64,000 nt of DNA from an uncultured Gemmatimonadales bacterium (lineage in GTDB: Bacteria; Gemmatimonadota; Gemmatimonadetes; Gemmatimonadales; GWC2-71-9): contig CAVSLV010000001.1 in the NCBI GenBank assembly GCA_963728915.1, forward strand, positions 576,001 through 640,000. Direction: 5' to 3'. Numbering within the stretch: the first letter of the stretch is position 1; each line of letters begins with the position of its first letter. The translations under genes and the position numbers were made by a program. The notes beneath the pieces were generated by a model. That model was not told the origin of the DNA. It made no database searches and worked only from the letters and a program-made list of their open reading frames with translations. Of the stretch, positions 19,335 through 30,643 are shown in pieces.

Positions 19335-22300
19335 ACTTCACCGCGCTGTTCATCCGCCGTCCGGTCATGACCACCCTGGTCATGGTGGGCATCCTGTTCT
19401 TCGGGATTATGGCCTATCGCCGTCTTCCGGTCAGCGATCTGCCGGTGGTGGATTATCCCACCATCAGCGTGTCGGCCGGTCTTCCCGGGGCGAGTCCGGA
19501 AACCATGGCCGCCGCGGTCGCCACGCCATTGGAGAAGCAGTTCTCCACGATCCCGGGCGTGGACAACATGACGTCGAACAGCTCGCTCGGCTCGACCTCG
19601 ATCACCATCCAGTTCACCCTGAATCGCAACATCGACGCCGCGGCGCAGGACGTCCAGTCCGCCATTGCCCAGACCCTCCGCGACCTCCCGCCCGGGATCG
19701 TTCCCCCTTCGGTGCGGAAGACCAACCCCTCGGACTCGCCCATTCTCTACATCTCGCTGACCTCCGCGACCCTTCCGCTTTCCCAGCTCGACGAGTACGG
19801 CGAGACCATGCTGGCGCAGCGGATCTCCCAGGTGAGCGGGGTCGCCCAGGTCTCGGTCTACGGCAGCCAGAAATACGCGGTCCGGATCCGGCTCGATCCC
19901 CGCGCGCTGGCCAGCCGTGGACTGGGCGTCGATGAGGTGGCCCAGGCGATCGGGAGCGGAAACGTCAACCTCCCCGCCGGCGTCCTGTGGGGTCCCAATC
20001 GGGCCTACACCGTGCAGGCCCAGGGCCAGCTGGTCACCGCGGCCCAGTTCGGCCAGCTGGTCGTGACCTATCGCAACGGCGCCCCGGTACGACTGGCCGA
20101 TCTCGGGCAGATCGATGACGACGTGCAGAACAACCGCGCGGCCTCCTGGTACGGCGGCGAGCGGTCCATCACCCTCGCGATTCAGCGCCAGCCCGGCACC
20201 AACACCGTGGAGGTCGCCAAGGCGGTCAAGGATCTTCTGCCGGTGCTGCAGGCCAAGATTCCGCCTTCGGTCCATCTCCACGTGTATTTCGATCGCTCGG
20301 TCTCGATCGAGGCCTCGGTCCACGATGTGAAGGGCACTCTGCTCCTCACGCTGGTGCTCGTGGTGATGGTGATCTTTCTGTTCCTGCGCAACCTCTCGGC
20401 CACCGTCATCCCGAGCCTCGCGCTGCCGATGTCCCTGATCGGCACGTTTGCCGTGATGTGGGCGCTCAATTACAGCCTCGATAACCTCTCCCTGCTGGCT
20501 CTCATTCTGGCCATGGGTTTCGTGGTGGACGATGCCATTGTGATGCTGGAGAACATCGTCCGGCACATGGAGATGGGGAAACCACCCCTCCGCGCCGCCT
20601 TCGATGGGGCGGCCGAGGTCGGATTCACCATTCTGTCGATGACCATCTCCCTGACGGCGGTGTTCATCCCGCTCCTGTTCATGTCGGGCATCATCGGCCG
20701 GCTGTTCCACGAGTTTGCCGTCACCATCGGGGTCGCCATTCTCGTGTCCGGCTTCGTTTCCCTGACCCTCACCCCCATGCTCTCCAGCCGGTTTCTTCGG
20801 CCCGGCTTGCACGGGGCGCAGGGTCACGGGCGTCTGTTCGGGGCATTCGAGCGGGGATACGGAGTCGTGCTCCGCGCCTACGAGCGAAGCCTGGCCTGGG
20901 TCATGGATCATCGCCGCCTGGCGATGGGAGTGTCCCTTGCCACGCTGATTGCGACGGTGGTGCTGTTCCGGTTGGTGCCCAAGGGTTTCATTCCCAGCGA
21001 AGATACCGGCCGGCTCACCGCCACCACCGAAACGGCCCAGGGCACTTCGTACGACGCGATGGTGGCCCATCAGGAGCGGGTTGCGGCCATCGTCCGCAAG
21101 GACACCAACGTGGCGGTCTTCTCTTCGAACGTAGGCTCCGGCGGCCCGGTTTCCACCGGGAACCAGGGGCGCCTGGTCTTCACCCTGAAGCCACGCGGAG
21201 AACGGCCCCCGGTGGATCAGATCATGCGCGAGCTCACCGCTCGGCTCAACCGGGTGCCCGGCATCAACGTCTATCTCCAGAATCCTCCGCCCATCAACGT
21301 GGGGGGGCGATTCTCCAAGAGCCAGTACCAGTATTCCATCCAGGGCGCCGATCTCACCGAGCTGTATGACGCGGGCAATCGCATGCTGGCCCGCATGCAG
21401 CGGATGCCCGAGCTCACCGATGTCACCAGCGATCTCCAGATCACCAATCCCCAGGTGGCCGTCACCATCGATCGCGACCGGGCGTCCGCGCTGGGAGTCT
21501 CCGCGAGCCAGATCCAGACCGCCCTGTACGACGCCTACGGCTCCCGGCAGATCTCCACCATCTACACTCCGACCAACGAGTATTGGGTCATTCTCGAGGT
21601 GCTCCCGCAGTTCCAGAACGATCCCAGCGCACTCAATTTGCTCTACGTTCGTTCCGCCTCCGGGGCCATGGTACCACTCGCGGCGGTGACCCGGTTCACC
21701 CGGACGGCCGGTCCGCTCACGGTCTCGCACACCGGGCAGCTGCCCTCGGTTACCCTCTCCTTCAATCTCCGCGAGGGCGTTTCGCTGGGTACCGCCGAAT
21801 CGGCCATCGAGAACGCGGCGCGTACCACGCTCCCGTCCACGCTCACCGCGGGGTTCTACGGCGCGGCCCAGGTCTTCCGGGACAGCCAGCGCGGTCTCCT
21901 GGCGCTCCTGGTCATCGCCATCTTCGTCATTTACCTGGTGCTGGGGATCCTCTACGAGAGCTTCATCCACCCGCTCACCATTCTGTCCGGGATTCCCTTC
22001 GCGGCGTTCGGGGCCCTGCTCACCCTGCTGATCACCAACACCGAGCTCAGTATCTACGCTTTCGTGGGGCTCATCATGCTGGTCGGGCTGGTCAAGAAGA
22101 ACGCGATCATGATGATCGACTTCGCCGTCGCGGCCGAACGGGAGCAGGGCAAGTCCGCCCGCGATGCCATTCTCCAGGCGTGCAGCATCCGCTTCCGGCC
22201 CATCATGATGACCACCATGGCGGCCCTCGCGGGGACGCTCCCGGTCGCGCTGGGCAGCGGGACTGGCGCCGAGTCCCGCCGGCCGCTGGGGATCGCGGTG

Positions 22301-22462
22301 GTGGGCGGCCTGGCATTCTCGCAGCTCATCACCCTCTATGTCACGCCCGTGGTCTACACCTACCTGGATCAGCTGCCCCGGCGCTTCCGCCGCCGCCGGA
22401 GAGCGGAGTCGGAGGCTGCGGTGCTGGAACCCGCCGGGCTGGAAGTCGCTTCGGTCAAATAA
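19331..22462 (+). CDS. RND efflux permease (MdtB/MdtC-like, AcrB family)
   Basis: FIRRPVMT, GFVVDDAIVMLENI, VKKNAIMMIDF and RFRPIMMTT; 1043 aa; GTGA overlap with the MFP stop. Confidence 0.93.
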   Translation: MNFTALFIRRPVMTTLVMVGILFFGIMAYRRLPVSDLPVVDYPTISVSAGLPGASPETMAAAVATPLEKQFSTIPGVDNMTSNSSLGSTSITIQFTLNRNIDAAAQDVQSAIAQTLRDLPPGIVPPSVRKTNPSDSPILYISLTSATLPLSQLDEYGETMLAQRISQVSGVAQVSVYGSQKYAVRIRLDPRALASRGLGVDEVAQAIGSGNVNLPAGVLWGPNRAYTVQAQGQLVTAAQFGQLVVTYRNGAPVRLADLGQIDDDVQNNRAASWYGGERSITLAIQRQPGTNTVEVAKAVKDLLPVLQAKIPPSVHLHVYFDRSVSIEASVHDVKGTLLLTLVLVVMVIFLFLRNLSATVIPSLALPMSLIGTFAVMWALNYSLDNLSLLALILAMGFVVDDAIVMLENIVRHMEMGKPPLRAAFDGAAEVGFTILSMTISLTAVFIPLLFMSGIIGRLFHEFAVTIGVAILVSGFVSLTLTPMLSSRFLRPGLHGAQGHGRLFGAFERGYGVVLRAYERSLAWVMDHRRLAMGVSLATLIATVVLFRLVPKGFIPSEDTGRLTATTETAQGTSYDAMVAHQERVAAIVRKDTNVAVFSSNVGSGGPVSTGNQGRLVFTLKPRGERPPVDQIMRELTARLNRVPGINVYLQNPPPINVGGRFSKSQYQYSIQGADLTELYDAGNRMLARMQRMPELTDVTSDLQITNPQVAVTIDRDRASALGVSASQIQTALYDAYGSRQISTIYTPTNEYWVILEVLPQFQNDPSALNLLYVRSASGAMVPLAAVTRFTRTAGPLTVSHTGQLPSVTLSFNLREGVSLGTAESAIENAARTTLPSTLTAGFYGAAQVFRDSQRGLLALLVIAIFVIYLVLGILYESFIHPLTILSGIPFAAFGALLTLLITNTELSIYAFVGLIMLVGLVKKNAIMMIDFAVAAEREQGKSARDAILQACSIRFRPIMMTTMAALAGTLPVALGSGTGAESRRPLGIAVVGGLAFSQLITLYVTPVVYTYLDQLPRRFRRRRRAESEAAVLEPAGLEVASVK

Positions 22463-22520
22463 CCCTCCGTTCCCGGCGGTCCAGGTGGCGAGAACGGGTC
22501 CGGCGCTGCATTTTGCGTTC

Positions 22521-23939
22521 ATGACCAAACGACTCGCCCTTCTCGCTTTCGCTTCGCTCGCCCTCGTGGTCACCCCCCTCGGTGCCCAACAGGCCCTGAC
22601 CCCGTACCAGCAGCTGGGCCGGGATATTCTCCGGCAGCTGGTGGAGACCAACACCGAGTATTCCATCGGGAGCACGACCGAGGCCGCGGAGGCCATGGCA
22701 GTGCGGTTTCGGGAGGCGGGGTTTCCCGCCGCCGACATCCAGGTGATTGGGCCAGACACGGGACGTGCGGCCAGGAACAAGAACCTCGTCCTTCGCTACC
22801 GCGGCGCCGGCAAACGGAAGCCAATCCTGCTGATCGGCCACCTCGACGTCGTGGAGGCGCGTCCCTCCGACTGGGTCCGCGACCCCTTCAAGCTCATCGA
22901 AGCCGATGGGCACTTCTATGGGCGCGGGACCCTCGACATGAAGGACGGCGACGCGTCCTGGGTGGCTGCGTTGCTGCGCATGAAACAGGAGGGAGTCGTC
23001 CCGGCCGGCGACTACATCCTCGCGCTCACCGCGGGCGAGGAAGGCGGGGGCGGGTACAACGGCATTCAGTGGCTCCTGGCCAATCACCGTGACCTGATCG
23101 ACGCGCGGTACGTGCTGAACGCGGACGCCGGGGGCGGCGAGTTGCGGAACGGCAAGCCGACCGCCTTCGATGTCCAGGCCGCCGAGAAGGTCTTCTACAG
23201 CGTCAACCTCACCACGCGGAACCCGGGTGGGCACAGCTCGCTTCCCCGGAAGGACAACGCCATCTACGAATTGGCGGCCGCGCTCGGCCGGCTCGCGGCA
23301 TATGACTTCCCGGTGGCGACCAACCCGGTGACCCGGGCTTACTTCGCCCGCACCGCGGCGCTGGTCGAGCCGGACGTGGGCGCCGACATGCGCGCGGTGA
23401 GTGCCGGAGCGACTCCGGATGCCGCGGCGGCCGCACGCCTGGCCGCCCGATCGCCCTTCTACAACTCTGAGCTCCGAACCACCTGCGTCGCCACCCTGCT
23501 TCAGGCTGGTCACGCCGAGAACGCACTGCCGCAGATGGCGCAGGCGACCGTGAACTGTCGCATGTTGCCCGGGACCGAGTCTGGCGACGTGCTCCGAACG
23601 ATTGAGCAGGTCGTCGCAGATTCCGGCGTCGTGGTGACGCCGAAAACCCCCGCGGTACCCAGCCCGCCCTCGCCGCTCCCGGCGGAGGTGGAAGGGAAGC
23701 TCGACGCCGTGGTGCGCTCGATGTGGGGACCATTGCCGATCGTCCCCAATATGGAGACGGGTGCTACCGACGGTCTCTTCCTCCGCAATGCCGGTCTCCC
23801 GGTCTATGGGGTGAGCGGGCTCTTCGTGGACCCGACCATCAACGACGACAACCGCGCCCACGGATTGAACGAGCGCATCGGCGTGAAGCAGTACTACGAC
23901 CAGCTGGAGTTCACCTATCGGCTGCTGAAGTCCCTGTGA
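22521..23939 (+). CDS. Secreted M20/M25/M40 family metallopeptidase
   Basis: Signal peptide; GHLDVV, GRGTLDMKD, GEE, GGHSS, GATDG and AHGLNER. Confidence 0.9.
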   Translation: MTKRLALLAFASLALVVTPLGAQQALTPYQQLGRDILRQLVETNTEYSIGSTTEAAEAMAVRFREAGFPAADIQVIGPDTGRAARNKNLVLRYRGAGKRKPILLIGHLDVVEARPSDWVRDPFKLIEADGHFYGRGTLDMKDGDASWVAALLRMKQEGVVPAGDYILALTAGEEGGGGYNGIQWLLANHRDLIDARYVLNADAGGGELRNGKPTAFDVQAAEKVFYSVNLTTRNPGGHSSLPRKDNAIYELAAALGRLAAYDFPVATNPVTRAYFARTAALVEPDVGADMRAVSAGATPDAAAAARLAARSPFYNSELRTTCVATLLQAGHAENALPQMAQATVNCRMLPGTESGDVLRTIEQVVADSGVVVTPKTPAVPSPPSPLPAEVEGKLDAVVRSMWGPLPIVPNMETGATDGLFLRNAGLPVYGVSGLFVDPTINDDNRAHGLNERIGVKQYYDQLEFTYRLLKSL

Positions 23940-24000
23940 TTCCGGTTGGGGGAAGCCGGATGCCGGCCAACCCCCAACCCGGTTTCGGTGTCTAACGACC

Positions 24001-26488
24001 ATGACCTGGCTCGATACGATCCATCGGGACGCCCGCTACGCCCTGCGGGGCCTTCGTCGTTCGCCCGCCTTCACCGTCACCGTCATTCTCACCCTCGGGC
24101 TCGGCATCGGGGCCAATGCCGCGATGTTCGGGATCCTCGACCGGCTGATGCTGCGGCCGTTCCCCTACCTGCGGGATCCATCGGCGGTGAACCGGGTGTA
24201 CCTCACCGCCCTTGATCGGGACCGTCAATACACCGGGGGTGTGAACGAGTACACCCGCTTTCTGGATTTGCGGCGATTCACCCACAGCTTTTCCCGGACA
24301 GCGGGATTCACCAGCTTCAACGTCGCGGTCGGGAACCGGAGAAGAATCGAAGGAACGACGGGTCGGCTTCGTGAGCGCCACGTTCTTCGATTTCTTCGAT
24401 GCGCCGCCCGCGTTGGGCCGCTATTTCGTCCAGGAAGAGGACGCGACACCCCGGGGCGCCGAGGTCGCGGTGATCAGCTGGGAGTTCTGGCAATCGGAAT
24501 TCGGGGGCCGGAACGTCATCGGCGAGAAGCTCCAGGTCCACAACATCCTGTGCCAGATCATCGGAGTGGCCCCCAGGGGTTTCGTCGGCATCTGGGACGC
24601 CGGCCCGCCGGCCGTCTATGTCCCCATCACGACCTACGCCGGCTCGGTTTCCGACGAGGAGGACCGGGCCACCTATTACACCCGGTACTACTGGGGCTGG
24701 ATGGACATGATGGTGCGTCGGAAGCCTGGCGTATCCGTCGAGGCGGCTTCTCAGGACCTGGCCCAGGCGCACGTCAAGAGCTGGGATGCGATGATCGACG
24801 TCCAGCCCCACAACACGCCGACGGCGATTGCCCGACCATCGGGAATCGCGGGTCCTCTCAAGACCGCAGCCGGGCCTGATCCGTCCGTCGAAGCGAAGAC
24901 AGTGAAATGGGTTTCGGGCATCGCCCTCATTGTCTTACTCATCGCGTGTTCAAATGTTGCAAACCTGTTTCTCGCCCGGGCCCTGCGCCGAAGGAGAGAG
25001 ACCGCGGTTCGCATCGCTATCGGCGTGGGCCGCCGGCGACTCATGGGACAATGGTTTACCGAAAGCCTGCTGCTCGCCCTCATCGGATGCGCCGTCGGGG
25101 TTCTCATTGCCCAATGGGGAGGGGCGGCCCTCCGTGGCCTCTTCGTCGGCGCGAACGGCGTTCCCATTCCGGTCGCCGGCGACTGGCGGACCCTCGGGCT
25201 CTCGGCGACTCTCGCCATCGTGGCGGCCCTGCTCACCGGATTGGCGCCCGCCCTCGTGGCCGGACGGTTCGGGGTCGCCGAGGCGCTCAAATCGGGCAGC
25301 CGGGAGGGCACCCATCATCGCTCGGTGCTCCGCACCGGACTGCTGGTTCTCCAGATCACGATGTCGGTGGTGCTCCTGGTCGGGGCGGGGCTCTTCGTCC
25401 GAAGCTTCGCCCACGTGCGCTCGCTCCGGCTGGGCTATGACATCGAGCCGGTGGTGCTGGTCAACCGGAACCTGAGAGGTGCGTCGGTGCCCGACAGCCA
25501 GCAGATTGCCCTGGCGCATCGAATGCTCGAGCGGATTCAGGCCATCCGGGGGGTGAGCAAAGCGGCGCTGGTGAGCAGCATCCCGTTCTGGAGCACTTCG
25601 AGCACTACCCTCATCGTTCCCGGCATCGATTCGACCCAGCGCCTCGGCCATTTCACCTATCAGTGCGCGACGGCCGACTATTTCACCGCGATGGATACCC
25701 GGATCGTCGCTGGGCGGCCGTTCACCGAGGCGGACCGGGCGGGGGCTCCGAGAGTCGCGGTCGTGAGCGCCGCCATGGCGCACGTGCTCTGGCCCGGCGA
25801 GAGCTCGATCGGGAAGCAGATCCAGGTCGGGAGCGACACGGCCGCCTACACCACCGTGATCGGGGTCGCCGAGGACGCGGCGCAGAACGCGCTCCAGGGA
25901 GACGACCGATTCCGGTACTACCTGCCGTCTGAGCAGTTTCGTCCCGAGCGCGCGGTCCGGGTTATCGCGCGGGTCTCGGGCGACCCCCTCGTGATGGGTG
26001 AGACCATCCGCAAGGCGCTCCAGCCCTTCATGCCGGGCGAGGCGTATGTCACGACCGTGCCGATGCGGGACATCATTTCGGGCCAGCAACGGGCCTGGCG
26101 ATTCGGGGCGACCATGTTCGTGGCGTTCGGCGGGCTCGCCCTGGTCATGGCAGCGATCGGGTTGTACGGGGTCATCGGTTACACCGTCACCCAGCGGATG
26201 CACGAGCTCGGGGTACGCGTCGCGCTCGGGGCCCAGCGCCGTGACCTCATCCGGCTGGTTCTGGTGCAGGCCCTCCGGGTCGCCGTGGTCGGGGTGGTGA
26301 TCGGGGCGGCGATCGCCTGGATACTGGGCCGCCAGATTCAACCGCTCCTCTTCCAGCAATCGGCGCGGGACCCCGCCGTGTTCGGCCTGGTGGTGCTGGT
26401 GCTCGTTGTCTCGGCGGTCAGCGCGGGGCTCGCCCCGGCCCGGCGGGCGGCCCGGGCGGACCCTAACACGGCGCTTCGGTCCGACTAG
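24001..26488 (+). CDS. ADOP duplicated permease, split by a 1-nt frameshift near 24331-24333
   Basis: DARYALRGLRRSP N-terminus. Removing one G from the GGG run gives VGTGEESKERRVGFVSATFF, joining the 24371..26488 ORF (LLIACSNVANL, HELGVRVALGA). Confidence 0.85.
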
Positions 26489-26513
26489 CGGGAAGGCGGC
26501 CCCCGCTCTGGTG

Positions 26514-27551
26514 CTACTTGTCGATCACCAGCACGTGGAATGATCCGGGCACCATCGTGGCACGGGGACGCTGGCCCGCCGGGGGATTCTCGGGCGGCGG
26601 GTTGAACTGCGCCGTGACCGTATAGAGCCGGTGGGTTTTCTCGTCGAGGGCCATGGTCCGGGCTCTCGGCTCGGTGGTGATCTCACCGACCACCGTGAAC
26701 TTGTCCGGGCCGTCCTCGTGAATCACCGAAATCTTCCCATCCCCGCACGACGCGAACACCAGCTGCTGGGCCGGATCGAAGGCGGCGGCATCGGTTCCTG
26801 AGCAGATCGGGACGGTACCCACCAGCTTGCCGGCCTGGGTGTTCAGGATCGCGACCGTGTGACTCTCCCCGCACGCGGAAAACACCCGATGGTGTTGCCG
26901 GTCCATGGCGATGCCGGTCGGCCCGGTGCACCCCTCGAGGTTCCACTTCTGCTTGACCGCCATGGTGCGGGCATCCACCGCGACCACCTGGCTGCTGTCC
27001 TCGACATTCACATAGAGTGTTCCGGCCAGATCGGACACCCCGGCTTCCAGGGTGCCGCCGATCATCGCGGTGCCGACCACCTTACCCGAAGCCGCGTCGA
27101 TCGCGGTGACGCTGCCGCCAGAGTGGTTCATGGTGAACACCCGGTGGGTGAACGGATCGTAGGTGATGGCGTCGGGATTCAATCCGGTGACCTTGACGGT
27201 CTGTTGTACCGCCAGCGACTCGAGATCGAAGATGGTGACCGACGTGTCCCGGCCGTTGCTGGTGAATCCCTTGCCGAGATCGTCGGCAATCGCCACTCCG
27301 TGAACGCCAAGCGTGTTCGGGACATCCCCCATGACCTGTCCGGTGGCGAGATCCACCACCATCACGTGGGTGCTGCGCGGCACGATGAGCCGGTTATGAC
27401 GGGTATCGACGGTGACATAGTCCCAGAAACCATCGCCGCCGACGGCGAGCGTCTTGACCACTTTGTAGGGAGTGCCCTGGGCGCACAACGGCCGGGCTGC
27501 CCCGATGCCGGCCAGACAGAGGGCGAGCGTGGAGAGTGAGCGACGGATCAT
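26514..27551 (-). CDS. YncE-family secreted beta-propeller (YVTN-like)
   Basis: Signal peptide; GGDGFWDY, GVHGVA, NPDAITYD, ARTMALD and PGSFHVL; ATGA overlap with the RND gene stop. Confidence 0.85.
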   Translation of the reverse strand: MIRRSLSTLALCLAGIGAARPLCAQGTPYKVVKTLAVGGDGFWDYVTVDTRHNRLIVPRSTHVMVVDLATGQVMGDVPNTLGVHGVAIADDLGKGFTSNGRDTSVTIFDLESLAVQQTVKVTGLNPDAITYDPFTHRVFTMNHSGGSVTAIDAASGKVVGTAMIGGTLEAGVSDLAGTLYVNVEDSSQVVAVDARTMAVKQKWNLEGCTGPTGIAMDRQHHRVFSACGESHTVAILNTQAGKLVGTVPICSGTDAAAFDPAQQLVFASCGDGKISVIHEDGPDKFTVVGEITTEPRARTMALDEKTHRLYTVTAQFNPPPENPPAGQRPRATMVPGSFHVLVIDK

Positions 27552-30500
27552 ACGGTCTCCTTGAGAGTGTAGCTCCGGCCGCGAATCGCGACCAGCAACG
27601 TGGGAACGAGGAACAGAGTGATCGGGGTGGAAAGCGCGAGCCCTCCAATGACCGCCAGGGCCAGCGGACGCTGCAACTCGCTTCCCGCGCCCAGTCCCAG
27701 GGCCAGCGGGAGGAGGCCGAACAGGGTGCAGAGCGTCGTCATCAGGATCGGCCGAAGCCGGATGCGAGCGGCTTCCAGCAGCGCCGGTTCGAGAGGCAGC
27801 CCTTCGGATCGCATCCGGAGCCTGGTGAAATCGAGCAGAATGATCCCGTTCTTCACGATGAGTCCCACCAGCAGGATCAACCCCATGAACGACGAGACGT
27901 TGAGGGCGGCCCCGGTCAGCAGCAGGAGAAGAAGGGCGCCGAAGAACGAAAGTGGCGCCGCGAGCAGGACGACCAGGGGCTCCACAAACGAGCGGAACTG
28001 AATCACCATCACCGCCACCACGCTCGCGGCAGCCAATCCCAGGACGAGGAGCAGCGCGCGGAAGGCCTGCTGCTGGCCGGCATATTGTCCGCCCAGCTCC
28101 ACCCGGATCCCCTCGGGCGGCGGGTTTTGGGCCAACACACTCCGGATGTCGCTCGTCACGCTGCCGAGCCCGCGCCCGGTCACGTCGGCGGTCATCATGA
28201 TCATCTGCTGCTGGTTCTCGCGCAGCAGCTCGGCGCGGGTTTCCAGAGGCGTGAAGGATGCAAGGGAACCGAGCGGAACCGAGCCGCCGGCATCGGCCAG
28301 CACCGGGAGTGATGCGAGCCGGAGCGGGTCGAAGCGTATCGAGTCGGGAGCGCGGACCCGCACCTCGATGGCACGGTCATCGAGGCGGATCTCCCCCGCC
28401 GGGGCGCCGAGCAGGGCTCCACTCACCGCCTGGGCGACCGCGTCGGGGGTCAGCCCGGCACGGTTGGCCTCCGGCTGGTTCACCCGCATCGCCATCTCGG
28501 CGGCCGGCTCGCTGATTCCATTGTAGAAATCTTCCAGACCGTCGACCTTTTCCATGCCCGGGGTCAGCCGTTCGGCATACCCCTCGAGGGCCACGAGGTC
28601 CGGTCCGAACAGCTTGACTTCGACGGGTCGCGACGCCCCGGCCAGGTCGTTGATGACGTCGGAAAGGATCTGGACGAACTCGATCCGCATTCGCGGCACC
28701 GCCGCTTGGACCTGGGTCCGGATGGTGTCCATGACTTCGAAGATCGAGCGGTCTCGCCGGCTCTGCGGCTTGAGTCGGACGACGATATCTCCCCGGTTCT
28801 GCTCGGTGGCGAAGAGACCCAGCTCGGCCCCGGTCCGCCGTGACGTCGCTTCCACCTCGGGGGTCCGGGCCATGATGCCCTCCGCGATGTGGAGCATCCG
28901 GTCGGTCTCGGAGAGGGCAGTGCCTCCTGGCGTCCAGTAATCGAACACGAAGGCGCCCTCATCCATTTCGGGGAGAAAGCCGGTTTCCACGGTTCGATAG
29001 GCGAGATAGCCACCGAGCACCAGCCCGAGCGCGGCGACCACCGCGAGGCGGGCATGGTGGAGGATCCGGTCGAGCGCCCGTCCGTAGCGATCTGCCAGCG
29101 CATCGACCGCACGCCCGATGCCGGCGAGCGGGCCTCGCTTTCCGCCGTCCTGCGCCTCCTCCTCTGCGTAGGCGGTGGTGAGGTAGCGGTCGGCGAGCAG
29201 CGGGATGATCGTGAGCGCGAGCAGCAGGGACACCAGGACCGCAATGGTGAGGGTGATCGAGAGCGCCTTGAAGAACTGGCCTACGACACCCTGGAGCAGA
29301 CCGAGAGGGAGAAAAACCACGACCGTCGTCAGGGTCGAGGTGGTGACCGGCCAGATCAGCTCCTGGACCGCTTCCCGGATCGCCGTGTGGCGCTCCGGGG
29401 TCAGATGGAGATGCCGGACGATGTTCTCGGTGATCACCACCGCGTCATCGATGACCAGTCCGATCGCGATCGCCATCGCGCCGAGGGTCATGAGGTTGAA
29501 GGTCTGCCCGAGCAGCGACATCACGAAGATCGTAATGATGAGGGTGAGGGGGATGGAGGTGGCGCTGATCGCGGTGATCCGCCCGTGGCGAAGAAACAGG
29601 AGCAGGACGACGACCGCGAGCGCCGCGCCGATCAGCATGGCGTCCCGCACCGAGCGCACCGCATCGCGGACCAGGAGGGCCTGGTCGTAGACCGGTTCGA
29701 GCCGGACGCCAGGGGGCAGCGTCAGGGCCCGGGCGACCCCGGCGATGCTGTCGGCGATCGCGAGGGAGCTGCCCCCGAGCTGGCGGGTGACGCTGATGGA
29801 AGCCACCGGCTTTCCGTTGCCCGCCACAATCCGGACGTGATCCTCGGTCCCCGGGATGACGGTGGCAATGTCCCGGACCCGTAACCCGCGCCCGATGACC
29901 ACCGCGCCGATGTCCTCCGGCGAGTGGGCCTCGGTCGCGGTGACGATGAGATACTGCTTGTAGTTCTGGGGCATCCGGCCGACCGCCGAGACGGCGGTGG
30001 CCTGGCGGATCGTGTCGGCCAGCCCGGCGTAGGTCATGCCCAGGGCGGCGAGCCGGGCCGGGTCTGCCACCACTTCCACTTCCCGCACATCGGTGCCCAT
30101 CACGTCGACCCGTCCCACCCCGGGCACCCGGGACAGGATCGGCTTGATCTGGTACCGCGCGATGTCGTACAGGGTGGCGGGATCACCGCCGGTCAGGTTG
30201 TAGGAGAGGATCGGGAAGAGCGAGGGTGCCATCCGCTCGACCTGGATGTCGAGTCCGGCCGGCAGATCGGGCTGGACCTGGTTGACCCGGGCACGGACCT
30301 GCTGCAGGGCGTCCACCATGTCGGTGGAGGAGGAGAAGTTGACGTTGATCTCGCTGCCGCCCCGCACCGAGCGGGAGGTGACCCGGATCACCCCGGGTAC
30401 GATGCTGATGGCTTCCTCGATGGGGCGCGTGATGCTGAAGAGCTGCTGGCGGGCCCCGAGCGAGGAGCCCTGCACCACGATGGTCACCCGGGCGAAGCGG

Positions 30501-30643
30501 AGTTCGGGGTAGATCGCCGACGGCAGCCGGAGCGCGGTGCCGATCCCGCCGACCGAGAGGAGCACGACGGCGAGGTAGATGAACCGGCGTTGCTGGGCGA
30601 GCGCCGCGAACAGCGAGCCCGGGCGGCGGGTCGGCTGGGCCAT
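27548..30643 (-). CDS. RND efflux permease (AcrB/CusA superfamily)
   Basis: FNLMTLGAMAIAIGLVIDDAVV..ENI, FLPEMDEG, IVKNGIILLD, RLRPILMT and QRPLA; 1031 aa. Confidence 0.92.
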   Translation of the reverse strand: MAQPTRRPGSLFAALAQQRRFIYLAVVLLSVGGIGTALRLPSAIYPELRFARVTIVVQGSSLGARQQLFSITRPIEEAISIVPGVIRVTSRSVRGGSEINVNFSSSTDMVDALQQVRARVNQVQPDLPAGLDIQVERMAPSLFPILSYNLTGGDPATLYDIARYQIKPILSRVPGVGRVDVMGTDVREVEVVADPARLAALGMTYAGLADTIRQATAVSAVGRMPQNYKQYLIVTATEAHSPEDIGAVVIGRGLRVRDIATVIPGTEDHVRIVAGNGKPVASISVTRQLGGSSLAIADSIAGVARALTLPPGVRLEPVYDQALLVRDAVRSVRDAMLIGAALAVVVLLLFLRHGRITAISATSIPLTLIITIFVMSLLGQTFNLMTLGAMAIAIGLVIDDAVVITENIVRHLHLTPERHTAIREAVQELIWPVTTSTLTTVVVFLPLGLLQGVVGQFFKALSITLTIAVLVSLLLALTIIPLLADRYLTTAYAEEEAQDGGKRGPLAGIGRAVDALADRYGRALDRILHHARLAVVAALGLVLGGYLAYRTVETGFLPEMDEGAFVFDYWTPGGTALSETDRMLHIAEGIMARTPEVEATSRRTGAELGLFATEQNRGDIVVRLKPQSRRDRSIFEVMDTIRTQVQAAVPRMRIEFVQILSDVINDLAGASRPVEVKLFGPDLVALEGYAERLTPGMEKVDGLEDFYNGISEPAAEMAMRVNQPEANRAGLTPDAVAQAVSGALLGAPAGEIRLDDRAIEVRVRAPDSIRFDPLRLASLPVLADAGGSVPLGSLASFTPLETRAELLRENQQQMIMMTADVTGRGLGSVTSDIRSVLAQNPPPEGIRVELGGQYAGQQQAFRALLLVLGLAAASVVAVMVIQFRSFVEPLVVLLAAPLSFFGALLLLLLTGAALNVSSFMGLILLVGLIVKNGIILLDFTRLRMRSEGLPLEPALLEAARIRLRPILMTTLCTLFGLLPLALGLGAGSELQRPLALAVIGGLALSTPITLFLVPTLLVAIRGRSYTLKETV

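Noticed and set aside
19277..22780. Very long antisense ORFs (1167 aa here; also 13773-15833, 11982-13700, 50961-52592, 62645-64000)
   Set aside because: Shadow frames of well-supported genes, expected from GC-rich codon bias; no recognisable motifs.
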